A stretch of 64,000 bases of DNA from Cirrosporium novae-zelandiae (Eukaryota), in NCBI GenBank assembly GCA_026023565.1, contig JAPETS010000006.1, positions 682,001-746,000 on the forward strand, written 5' to 3'. The notes below the pieces were generated by a model, which saw nothing but the letters and a program-made list of their open reading frames with translations, did no database searches and was not told the DNA's origin. The translations under genes were made by a program, and so were the position numbers. Positions 1-11,839 of the stretch are shown here, piece after piece; position 1 is the first letter of the stretch, and each line of letters opens with the position of its first letter.

Positions 1-608
1 GGCATGGCTTCGGCGTCTTTCTCCGCCTTGGTCTTTCTCCTCCGCGGTAGGATTTTCTTTGGGGTGACTGTCTCCTCGTTCTTCTCTTCGAGTTCCTGCT
101 CCTGCTCCTCTTCTACCACTTTCTTCGCCTTAGATTGCCTACCACGCGGTTTAACAGCTGGTATATCATCCTCTTCGTCTTCCACGGCCAGGTCTTCCTC
201 TACCTGAACCTTTGCCTTTGTAGCTCTCCTAGCTCTTTTTGGAGTCGGAGCAATCACTTCTTCCTCGTCATCTACAGCATCAACTTCGTCCTTAGCCTTT
301 AGCCTTCCCCTACCCTTCTTCGGTGAGCTCGCTGCCATAGCCGTAGCCTTGACCGCAACCTTCTCAGTCACTTTCTTGCCACCCCTCACCCGTTTCTTAG
401 GTTTAACTTCCTCTTCCAGATCCAAGTCTTCCTCATCCTCATCTTCTTCTTTATAACTTCCTTGGAATTTTCTAGCCCGTCTACCTTCTCCACTAAAAAC
501 ACTCGTGTCTGGCTCTGCGCGCTTCCTCTTGCGAACCGGTTCGGAGCTTGCCGAAGGGAGGTCCTCGAGTGCCACTGAAGCTGTAGGCTTGGAAGGACGG
601 CCACGCAT
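1..608 (-). CDS. APN1: N-terminal part of an AP endonuclease 1 (Apn1/endonuclease IV family)-like protein; gene runs off the left edge
   Basis: Open frame from ATG at 608 (MRGRPSKPTAS...) through a long K/E/R-rich low-complexity region ending ...RRKTKAEKDAEAMP at the window edge. This matches my recollection of the linker preceding the catalytic domain in filamentous-fungal Apn1. The catalytic domain is not in the window, and the ORF track misses this frame because it has no stop here. Confidence 0.6.
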   Translation of the reverse strand, partial: MRGRPSKPTASVALEDLPSASSEPVRKRKRAEPDTSVFSGEGRRARKFQGSYKEEDEDEEDLDLEEEVKPKKRVRGGKKVTEKVAVKATAMAASSPKKGRGRLKAKDEVDAVDDEEEVIAPTPKRARRATKAKVQVEEDLAVEDEEDDIPAVKPRGRQSKAKKVVEEEQEQELEEKNEETVTPKKILPRRRKTKAEKDAEAM

Positions 609-699
609 TTTCGAAGATGTTTTTAAACTAGATTTTAATGAATAATTTAGGATGCTTGCCTGCCAGATGTGAGGCGAGGTGAGTGTTAGGGGCGGGGCA

Positions 700-710
700 A
701 CGCGTCGCGT
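700..710. promoter_or_regulatory. MluI cell-cycle box (MCB)-like element ACGCGTCGCGT
   Basis: ACGCGT at 700-705 plus an adjacent CGCGT, about 90 bp upstream of the putative DNA-repair gene ATG. MCB elements are established upstream of fungal replication/repair genes. Confidence 0.5.
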
Positions 711-1179
711 ATGGGATTGGGAGTGAATATGAGGTGCTTGGGGTAGATGAAAGGGAGTTTTGAAATAATTCTGCCGCGAAAAACGAGATAAGGGAGCTCG
801 AAGGATTATAAAATTTTGGGTGAGTGACATTAAATGGGTTACTGTTGGATACCTAGGTATGTATTTATGAGGTGTGCTTGTCAAGCGGGCGACCTGCTGA
901 TGCCGTTTCACACCCTTGGAAAAAGTTGTGTATACATCCTGGTTGGGTTGAACCATAGATCTATTACAAATGAGTCAAGTATTGTTAATTATATATTGTA
1001 TAATGCAATTTAGTTCCTATTCTCTATGAACAAATTTGTCTCATCAATCATGGACTTTATTCATCGCCATGATTTCAAGGCACCAATACCTAGGAGAGCA
1101 AATACAAGACTAGCTTGTATGCTATCTATCCCGACATCATGATCTCTTTGCCTAATCTAGACCTATCTAAATTCTCGAT

Positions 1180-2935
1180 TTATAACACATACCTAAATGT
1201 CACGGCCCTATTTCCTAGCTTTCCTAACTTTTCATGGTCAGTTTCAAGGTCGACTCCATCGGATTCTATCATCATCTCCCTCTTGCGATTGATTCTTCCA
1301 TACACTACCCTCATTATCACCACAGCAACTATCCCTAAAGCTACAAATCCCAACTCTAATGCATGCCCCAATACAAATTGTGGCGAATCTTGTGAGCGGT
1401 AGAAGTTTGAGGCCATTGCACCTCCCAGGTTTCCTATCCCGATATGAATTGCCATCCCAGCACCACGTTTGTAGAGAGGGGAGAGATTGTTGGCTATCCA
1501 CGTAATGTTTCCAGGGAAAGCCGGATAGATGCCGCAGACAGCGATGAAAACGCCAGCATAGACGAGACCTGGAATGACGTGACCATCGCTACCAGCAGTG
1601 CTACCGACAATGCAAAGAAGAAATCCAACCAGAATAGTGAATTGGGCAGCAAGTATATAAGGTGAGCGTTTTCCGTGATGGTCCGAGAAGTAAGCAAGGA
1701 CGACTGTTAAAGTGGCTGCGGTGACATAGATGGGGACCGTAAGGAGTTGGGCAGTGGAGGACTCATAACCGAGCGCCTTGATAATGGTAGGGAGGAAGAA
1801 TGATATGCCATAGAGAGGGCAGACAATAGACCAATACACTTGGGGTTTCTGTTAGCTAATGGGGTTATTTGAAGAGTTTTGGGGATTTTTCATACTCAAC
1901 AGCCCAAGGTAGATCTGCCAGTCTAGAAACGCAGCTTTGACAAATTTCCATTCAAAATGCTGGGTTTCGGAAATCTCTGAGTGTTGATATCTCAATCGAT
2001 GGACAACCCATGCTCGTTCTTCGTCAGTCAAGAAGCTTGCCGTGTCAGGGAAATCGTAGATGAGGAAGAAGGCAACGCAAGCCACGATGACCGTAGCGAT
2101 GCCTTCAAGAATAAAGATCCAGCGCCAACCAGCTTGACCAGCTACGCCATCCATTTTCTACAAGAAATTTTGTATGAGCAAACTATCGCGAGGACCCACA
2201 GCCAGAAAGATAAACCGTCAATACTTACAGCTATAGCATAAGCCAGAAGACCACTAAAGGCCCCAGCAATACTAGCACCACTGTAGAACGCTGCCTGCCT
2301 GATCTGGACTTCGGTTCGTACATACCACATTGTGAGGTAGTATGCAACTCCAGGGTATAGTCCAGCTTCCGCTACACCGAGGAAGATGCGGGCGATAAGC
2401 AGGCCATAGTAGCTCTGAACGAGACCCATAAGAGTCATGACAACGCCCCAGGCGACCATAATAGAGGGAAGCCAGATCGAAGGACGAAGACGCTTGAGCA
2501 GGAGGTTAGACGGAACTTCGAAGGCAGAATAGGTGAAGAAGAAGACAGTCACTATGAGAGGGTAATTAGCGCTCACCAAGACTACTGAAATCGGAAAAAC
2601 ATACAACAGATATTATATTGTGAGCCTGTCAAATTCAAGTCCTCTGTTAGACCCTCGATCTTTGCGTTACCAATATTCCCCCGGTCAAGGAAACACAAGA
2701 GATAAAGTAGAATGAGCATAGGGATCAGTCTCATATCCATCTTTAAGAGCACCTTCTTGCGGTCAGCCTCACTTAGGGAGGGAATGTCCATCGTCAATCG
2801 AGCATGCTGATTTGGGTCGCTCCGTTTATAATCTTCTGGAAGAACGGGGTCTGCAACTTCTGCCTGCTCGACGTCGACTTTCTCGTCAGGTCTTTGGGAT
2901 GTGTCTGTAGATTCTTGTTTTTCCGGGACAGCCAT
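1180..2935 (-). CDS. MFS transporter, anion:cation symporter / allantoate permease (Dal5/Tna1-like) family
   Basis: 4 exons (2935-2605, 2551-2229, 2157-1896, 1838-1180) with GT-AG introns. Motifs KMDMRLIP, LDRGNIGNAKI, FEVPSNLLLK, EAGLYPG and GWRWIFILEG. Confidence 0.92.
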
Positions 2936-3735
2936 TTTAGCTTCTTCCTTGATTTACCTGATACAAGTGAATGAGAGTGTGTATTAAAGCCGTTGGCCTT
3001 CTTGTGTAATATAAGTGAGCCCTCGGGCTCGGGGCTATTATCAGCACCATCACTGTCAAGAGATATGCCAAGTATCGGAGTCATCAGAAAAACAGTGCCT
3101 CGGAGTAGATTCAAATGGCTACGGCTTCATTCCCCGCATTCGGTGAAAACTGTGTGGATCTATAGCTCCAATGATTACGCGGGCCTCGCAGATAGGCAAT
3201 GGCAAAATTTGAAAAACACCAAGATCATCCTATCAAGTGTAACAAAAAACAAACTTGGCAAATTGTGGGGGTCTCGTTTCCCCCCGAACTCTGGGGTATA
3301 ATTGCCGAAAGGCAGAAAGAATAGATCGGTAATTGTTAAAAGATATTCGGATGTCATCATACATTTTCGTTTATGGCCTTGCTAAATGCAATTCACAATA
3401 AGGTAGGACACCGTGGAACCGATCTAAGGACAGGGTGTTTTGGTAGCGTAGGGCGCGTGGGTGGTTACATATATGTACTGTTTCTGGCTGAATGAATTGG
3501 CAACGCCATATATCTCGGGGCGCGGACTAGCTATCCCCGCGAGAGGGACAGGAGATTTCCATATCATGACTTCCTATCGTTGAATTACTTCAATTTTAGG
3601 GATACAAACTTTTTGACAAGGTCAACAATTAACATTTCCCATGCCTATCAGCGTTTAAATAATATACATCATATCAATCACATCGCATGGTATCATTGAC
3701 ATCTCAACTGCAAAACACATCACGCATCACGCCCA

Positions 3736-5814
3736 CTAAGCCTCTACCTTCTTAGGCACGCTTACACTCCCTACTCTCCCTTGCGCATCTACCGCTGTCG
3801 CCTTGATCGCCTTCTGTCCCTGATCTTCCAATTCATTCATTTCTTCCTCCGTTTCATTATATCTTGAGTAAATCAACCAGAATGCAATACCTGAAATGAA
3901 GGTTGCAATTGCCAGTCCGGTATACATCCACAAGAGCTTAGGATCCACCGCCGTCGGAGACAAAGCGCACCCTAGTGCGCTTCCAAACGCGGACGTGAGC
4001 AGGAACATGGACATGATGAAGGATTTCATGGAAGCAGGGGCCTTGGTGTAGGCATATTCAAGACCAGTAATGGAGGCAAAGATTTCGGAGAGACCAATGA
4101 AGAGATAAGCAGGCGTTTGGATGGCAACGTGGACGTGATTGGGGAGTGAGCCGCCATCAGAAGCAGCGCATTCTAGAGGCGCGTCGTAGCAGGGTCCGGC
4201 ACTGTAGATTAGATGTTGGACTATGGCGGCGTAGGCCATGGCTAAGGTGGCGAAGACAAAACCCATTGTTATACGAGTGATGGGGCGGAAAGGTATGCTG
4301 AGAGATGGATTAGCGGGATTGTGTAGAATGGAATGAGAATGACGAGGATGACTCACCCAATCCTTCGGAGTAAGGGGTAGACGATGCGATCGCAGATAGG
4401 GATGAAGATGATGATGGTGAGAGAATCAATATTCTGCATGATGTCGTTGGGAACTCCGTGCAATTGCATCTGTCCGGCTTGAGAGATGAAGTTATTGAGC
4501 ATCTGCGAGTAGGTGACCCAGTAGATGGGATAGAAAACGAAAACCCGGCACGCGACCAATGCCCGTTTCATTTCCTCAATAAAGTGGTCATCCCATGGGG
4601 TATCGTACTTGCGGCCATATTCCTCTTGGTACGACGGCTTTGCAGCATTCATGTCAAATTTGTTCATTGCGCCAATCCACATGGACCTGAAAGCCTTGCC
4701 CATGATACTACCCTGAGGCGGTCGAACAATGTAGAAGCGTTTACCTAGAAGCAGGACTCCGAAGCCGACGAAGAACATGCACATAGGTAAGAGATACGCG
4801 GACCAGAACCCGATATGCAACTCCATTTCTGTAGTTGCGATGGAAGATAGCGAACCAACGTTGATGCAAAGGTAGAAGACGAGGTAAATTCTTTCGATTG
4901 TAACGGCGGGATCGACAATCACGCGTTTGCCATTCGAAAGAGTCTTGATCTTCATCTTCGTGAGCGATATTTGTTCCGCAATCAAGGGGCTAACGTTGGA
5001 TTTTATTCCTCCGGTTCCTAGGCCGATGATAATCATTGCTGCAATCAAACCTCCAAGAGAGGCCCCATTCTCGATAGCAACAGGCAATGAAGTGCAAAAC
5101 AAGACGATCAAACCAACGATGTAGACGAGGGAGAAGTAGCTGTAGGGGCCCATCGGTACCCATCGGGACTCGTTAGACACTGGACTATGAATATATAGCT
5201 TCGGAAATGCTTACACAATGGCGTTGTAACGGCCAACATATTGATCTGCGACGATACCTCCAAGAATTGGGGTGACGTAGCACCAGAACTGGAAGAAATC
5301 CGTAAGACCAGTGGCACCTGACTGACCTAGGCCAATTGCACCCGGAACACCAGAGGGATCATGGTACGAGTTCTCAACTAACAGAATCAGTAATGGTGAT
5401 AGATGTATGATGGGCCATATCCTTACTGTAGTTCTGAAAAGGGCCACTCAACCCATAATAAGCAAACCGTTCGCACAGTTCGACGACTGCAACCAGAAAG
5501 GCAGATTTGGGGAGGGTATCAGAGACATGAAGGAGGGTCTGCCTTTCCTCATCTGTAGGCTCGTCGCCATCCAAGGATGAGGTAGAGGCAAGGTCAATAG
5601 CACCCTTTTCCTCGTCGTAGAGCTTAGGTGTATTGATAATGGGTGCTGGAATATCTCCTCCGGCGGCATCTTTTGTTACGGCTGCATCTTGCTGCATCGA
5701 CTTTCTGGACTCCACCTCGGTAGCATGGAGACTGGGACAATCAGTATAGTGAAACGTGATTGGTTTCTAAGATATAAAGACTTACTCAGTGATACTTCCC
5801 GTGCGTTCAGTCAT
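3736..5814 (-). CDS. PTR2: POT/PTR-family di/tripeptide transporter
   Basis: 5 exons (5814-5786, 5731-5427, 5377-5215, 5139-4357, approx. 4297-3736). Motifs ELCERFAYYG (ExxERFxYY), GTGGIKSNVS, FYLCINVGS and EYAYTKAP. Confidence 0.93.
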
Positions 5815-6392
5815 TTTGCCCAGACTTGTTCCGCGAATGAAGTCGACTCAAGATGAAAATTAAGCAGCGCAAGGAGTTCAAAAAAACAAGAAGGGGAAAA
5901 TGGATAGTAATATACCATTGTAGCTGAACATGGGAAATGACCCCATGGTGGGCCAAATGGCGGATGCAACCTCAGGTCGACCATCATGTTGGAAGTAATA
6001 AAAAAAAAAGCTTGATAAGAAGTATAGGCTATGAGATCAGGGCTTCGATGTTCAGTGCAACATTGACGAAGGGTGTACCCGCGATGAACCCGCCACTCTT
6101 TGACCAAAGAGCCATTGAAACCAAAGGAGTGAGATCCAAAATGGTTCGGGATCAGATTTGATATTATTCGTCAATGACCAGATATCAAGGCCTCACATGA
6201 AAGATTGTCATATTCTTTAGAATTTAGAGCTACTAAGATTCCAAGCCAAGAGGACCAATACAAGTGAATCGATAGCATCGGTTACACTCGGTTTATGGGT
6301 AAAGAGGCGTCTCAGCTACTTGAGTACAAGACAGTACGTGATGTGATCTACATGGAAAAAGTCTGTGGTCCAATAAACCGTTTATGGGCAAC

Positions 6393-6442
6393 GGGGGGCA
6401 CTAGGGGCTACTGGGGGCTACTGGGGGCTACTGGGGGCCACT
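6393..6442. repeat. 10-bp tandem repeat (CTGGGGGCTA)n, about 4.5 copies
   Basis: ggggggca ctaggggcta ctgggggcta ctgggggcta ctgggggcca ct read directly. Confidence 0.9.
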
Positions 6443-7182
6443 AACATCCCCCCTGTACAGGTAAAAGGCCCTAAGCGATAAGATTTACGGGTAATACTGT
6501 AAGTGGACGGGAAAATCGCTTTGTCGATAACTTTGACTTGTGGTTGGAGGTTGGATACAGGACACCACCATTCACGACGCGTGGCTGTTGCTTTGAAAAT
6601 GCTTGATTGTCCTTGAATGGTCCAGTCACCCAGTCACCACCAATGAATTGTACCAACCACCTTCGATGATAGTTCTATAATCCTTCCACTGCATTATCAC
6701 CATCATCATCCCGTCGGATGCCCATCAGGCGCCTTTTTACACTGTGGGGGTCAAAGTTGCCTTCCTGTTACGGATCTTACAGCCACAGATGTCCAAGTAA
6801 CAAATTTTGGTAGCAACTGTGAACTGTGAACTGTGAATTGTAAACTGTAAACATGACTTATTCTCCGTCTTTTAGTGACCAACTTCAAATCTCCTGTTCG
6901 ACATTCATAGTTGGGGTTTCTAGGTCAATAAACGAATTTCTGTTACCAAAAAATAATCCGAAAAAGGTGAAAAGTAACCCGGCGCCCTCCGGGTGATTAT
7001 ATTTTCTCCCGTATTCATAGTTATCCTCGGTACTCTCGACAACTTGGAGTCTCATTACCGGGTCTAGGAGACGTCTAAGAAAGGTGACGGTAAGCTTTTT
7101 TTGCCTTTCAGTGGCTTTGCGCTCTTCGTTTGGCCGCCTAAGAACCTCCTAATCCTTCCCCAGACTAGCAAAACTCGTAATG

Positions 7183-7218
7183 AATCTTCAAATCTTCAAA
7201 TCTTCAAATCTTCAAATC
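7183..7218. repeat. 8-bp tandem repeat (AATCTTCA)x4
   Basis: aatcttca aatcttca aatcttca aatcttca aatc read directly. Confidence 0.9.
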
Positions 7219-9346
7219 CCAAGACGAAGAAAAAAAAGTCCCTGAATCTCCTTGGTCCCCTAACTGACATTTCTGGACAAAACTTCAACTTCGGCCTGCC
7301 TATTTTGGTTTCCTGACTGATGGTAGAGATAAGCATCTACAATCTAATTGAATCTCTGGGAACTTGCCCTTAGCTTTTGACAAATTAATTGCTATCCCTG
7401 GTTAGACCCTCTCTTCACCTTCAGTTTCCAGTTGTTTGATGATAAGAACGTTGCATATAATGGACCTTGCCACGCGCTTGGGGCGTTAAGACGGCAATTC
7501 TTGTTGACATGGATGGAAAGAGAACGTCGCCTGAGCCAGGGGGAGGCCTCAATAGAAATTATACCGACAACAAGACCTTCTCCTTCAGATTTCCGCCAAA
7601 GCCTCAGTCTACTACGATGACTCATATCAAGAATATTACTCCCTATATAAAGTCACTTTGGTCTCTTCAATTCGTAATCATTACCCAGGTTACTGCATGA
7701 CACTCTGAGATGAGATGCCACGATTAATTTCTGAAATAGTCATAGACCAATATGGTCCCCACTGAACAAAGGATCTGCTGTGGGTCGTGGTCGCAAGGAG
7801 TTTTACGTCCGTCTGATCCCAGTCAGGTCCAAGCGTCTCCATGTGGCCTGGGAAACGAGGCAGTGAGGGCTAGTCTCATGTACAGACTCAGATTGGTCAC
7901 GGCTAAAGTCGAACAATCGCCATCAACCCCAGTTCAGTAATCCTCTGGACGGCCTTACGGGAAAGGCATCTGCAGCTAATTTGGACCTGTGGAGAATTGA
8001 GGGGAATGCTAAAGCTCTAGCTGGTTCCCTGGGTTCTCCTTGATCAAAACTACATCTCCAGTAATGGATCGAGGGTACAAGTATCGGTATTATCACTCAG
8101 AAAGATTAATGCCAGAAAATTAGACAATGTGGAAATTGGTCCACGTCCATGGAGTTGGAAATGTTGGAATTGGGTATATGGTGAGATATAAAGGATTCAA
8201 CCGTCATCAACATAGTGGGTATCCTTCCTTCTCTCCTGACTTGGGCCGCCCTTAGATAATCCATTTCATTCGCGATGGGAACAATCATAGCGAGGGCGTG
8301 AGCCAGTACTTATAAATTTAGTGCAGGACCGAGATCATATTTGTTTGTTTCTCCTTGTACTTTGATCCTGTTGGATCGAAGATTATGGGGTTAGGCTAGG
8401 CTCAAAGTTTATTACGGGTGTATTATACACCACCCTGGGCTTTAAAATATATCTCCGAGGTCAGATTTGGCCGAGAAACATTTAGCAATACTGACGGTAG
8501 GTTGAAATCTCGATGTGTTTTCCCGTCGCAACTATTGACGACACAGCTTGACGAGCTTTAGGTGTCCTACTCAACCCTCTTATCGGAATAGCTCCTTAAA
8601 GATGGTTTTACTGGGAGACGTCCTCGATATACATGTCGCCATATGGACTTTGCATACTGGAAAGAGATATGCTAGAATAGTAAAGTGACCCTTATCGAAA
8701 TATCAGAAACATAAACTTTCTTCCCGACGTTTGAACTGCACGAGTCTTAGCAGGGTGTCAAGGTATTCTCACCAAGTTTGCTAATCATACTAACAAAGTT
8801 TAGTATAATGAGATTACGGGAGGGCCCATGATCTTTGGCCATTAAACCTGACATTGCATTGGCTCCCTCGGAACACAGTACATGTAAAGACCAAGCCCCC
8901 TAAGTACGTGCTAATTTAGGTTTCAGTATTTGATAGAATTCCAACTTTAATAATCTAGGGAGTCTATATTTCCACTATGTAGGAGTATTAAAGATCCTTA
9001 CCATTGGGGCTGCGCATGGAATTGCTGGTTCAGATGTAGAAGTCGATGAAATTATTCAATGATATGTAGGGATTATGAAAGTTGTGGGAACGGAATGATT
9101 GGTTGCAGGGTTGAATTAAGCTTGATTGCAAGTTTCCGAAGAAATTGCTTGTTGCTATTTTCTATGACGTCGTGTTTCAATATCTCCAATTGAAAGGTCC
9201 TTGGATCTCACCAAATCCTTTCATACTGATATATTTCTACTACCAATGTCTTTCTAATTCTTACGTCTTGCTCATAACGTCTTAAATCAATAACCAGTAC
9301 ATACGATTTCTCAGTTGAGTGTTTATAACTTATTCCTGATTCAAAT

Positions 9347-11009
9347 ATGACATTCCATAAATTTCTTTTTGTTCTACCGGCTTGCTTGCTATTGGCAATT
9401 GCTTCACCTATTGACCCTGCGGTTCCATTAATAACCCCTGCTCCTGTGAACTGGTCACCGTCAAAAACCCTTGAGAGAAGAGGCATTTACAGCGACCTTA
9501 CTGCTGATCTTGGCTCCATATTTTCTTCCCTTGGATCAGCAATACCATCCTATGTCGCAAGCGGGGTTCCAAACTACTTCCAGGACCTTCCTTCAGGAAC
9601 CGCTGTTCAGTCTTCTCTTGGAATCAATGATGATGATTTGAAAGCATCGCCTACCGCGGTCTTGAACATGCCGTATGTTGTCCTTTACGTCTCGATGGAC
9701 CAAAATTACTAACAAGACCTTAGCCCTTACGCAAACTGGACCGACCAAGGCTGGAATGTACGCTTTCATGGCAATGGTATGTCCCAAATTCCATAATTGC
9801 ATGACCCATAACTTTTGCTGAGTTCCAATGTCTTTAGTATATAAAGTGCCCAACATCTCTGAATCGAAAATCGACGACCTCGCAAATGTGTTCCTTATCG
9901 ACGTAGATATCGAAGACCTCCCAGCTTCACAGCAAGACCAAGCTCGAAATCTGACAAGGGAGATCTTCGTGGTTCAACAAAGTGATCGTAATGTCACCTT
10001 CTATCTCGAGCCAGCATCTTCCGCTGGCTCCTCCGGACAAGAGGGTGGAAGTGGAGCTGTAACACCAAATGGAGGCAATCAAACGGTTGATTTTCCCCAT
10101 GAGACTACTTCGGAAGGGGACTTTGACGCCTTTGTCCCCATCAAAAACGTTTCCGGGAGCGGACTAGCAGCGGGAAACGAAACCAAAGAGATCCAACGCC
10201 TAAATGTCTATGCAACCGGCACAGATACCGGCAACGCAACGGCTTATCTCGTCCCACCCTCTGGCTTGACCGTCATCTCAGATATTGATGACATCCTCCG
10301 GGTAACCAAGATCTACGAACCAAAAGAAGGCCTCCTCAACACCTTTGCCCGCCCATTCACTCAATGGATGAACATGCCCTCCATCTATTCCAACTGGTCC
10401 GAAAGTATCCCCAACATGCATTTCCACTACCTGACCACCACCCCTGAACAAGCCACCCGCAACTACATGGAATTCATCTACAACACATACCCCGGCGGCA
10501 GCTTCGACACACGGCCCCTAAACTTCAGCGACGTCAACGCAACCCTCTCGATCCGAAAGCACTTCCTGAACCGAATCTTCGAAACCTTCCCGGAGCGGAA
10601 ATTCATCCTCGTAGCCGACACCAGCAACAGCGACGTCATGAGGGACTATCCGCAAATGGTCACCGACTTCCCCAACCAGGTCCAATGCATCTTCCTACGC
10701 AACACGTCGGGCACAGACTCCGGCGACCGCTTCCCCTACGATACCTCCGGGTTCGAAAACCTCAACCAGCAGATGTACATGTTCTTCCTCACCCCAGACG
10801 ACCTCACCAACCTCGATGTCGCCAACGGACAGTGCTATAACACAAGCGTGAAACAAAACCTCACGTTTAGCTACCAGGGCCTCCCACTCGGTCTTAGCAA
10901 AAGGAGCGCTGCCGTTCCAACAACTCCGGCCCCGGCTAATCTCTGGTTGATGATGGGTGGAACCATAGCCCTCGCAATGACATTCGGAAGTCTAATTGCT
11001 GGAATATGA
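9347..11009 (+). CDS. Secreted, probably GPI-anchored App1-like (phosphatidate phosphatase catalytic domain, HAD fold) protein
   Basis: 3 exons (9347-9672, 9724-9776, 9838-11009). N-terminal signal peptide MTFHKFLFVLPACLLLAIASP; App1-type motifs VISDIDD, FHYLT and FPERKFILVAD; hydrophobic C-terminal tail. Confidence 0.8.
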
Positions 11010-11839
11010 AAAAAAACTTAAGGATTCACTTTTTCCTATTATTACGAAAATTCCAAACCTACAGAATCCATGCATGGTTGGCTACTAGCGAAAACGAAAA
11101 AAAAATAAAGCATTCGTCCGACGACGGGGTGGTTGGGCGTTACGAATTTAAGGAAATCCGATACTTGGGTTCTGGAAGCCCCTTCTCTTCTGCTTGGTCT
11201 TCCTACTCACAAACCATACTTTCACACATACACTCTCTCTTTTTTTTCCCTCTTCTCAAACAAAACCCCTTTCCTTTGTATTTGTATTCTTTTTTTATTT
11301 GTATTATTATTAGGATTTTGTATTATACCAGTTCTTCGCCTCTTGTGTCCATATCCATGTCCTCGCTTCGCTTTGCTCGATTGAGCCGGATGAAGGAATA
11401 GGAGAAGGAAGAAATTCATTATTATGGGCTTGCCCTTACCTACCATATTTGCCCTACCTTACTTGTGTCACACATACACATACACTACACATATACATGT
11501 GTGAGGGGAAAAGGGGATGCATTATATTATTGTTCATTATTCATTATTGTAGATATTATATTTAGATATATTTATGAAAATAACATCCATTCACCTGTCT
11601 ATTTTATGTACATTTCGTACATGTATAGTCTAATCGAAATCTGGTTTTATATTTATATACATATATAAGTATCTAATTATGTTATTTATCATTTATCTTC
11701 TCTCTTTCTTATTTTCTTCTTCTTCTTCTTCTTCTTCTCCTCCTCCTCCACCCCATCCTCCTCGAAAAAAAAAATAACAACGAAAAGAACAAGAAAAAAG
11801 AAAAAAGAAAAAAGAAAAAGGAAGCCGCAACCTCACCCC

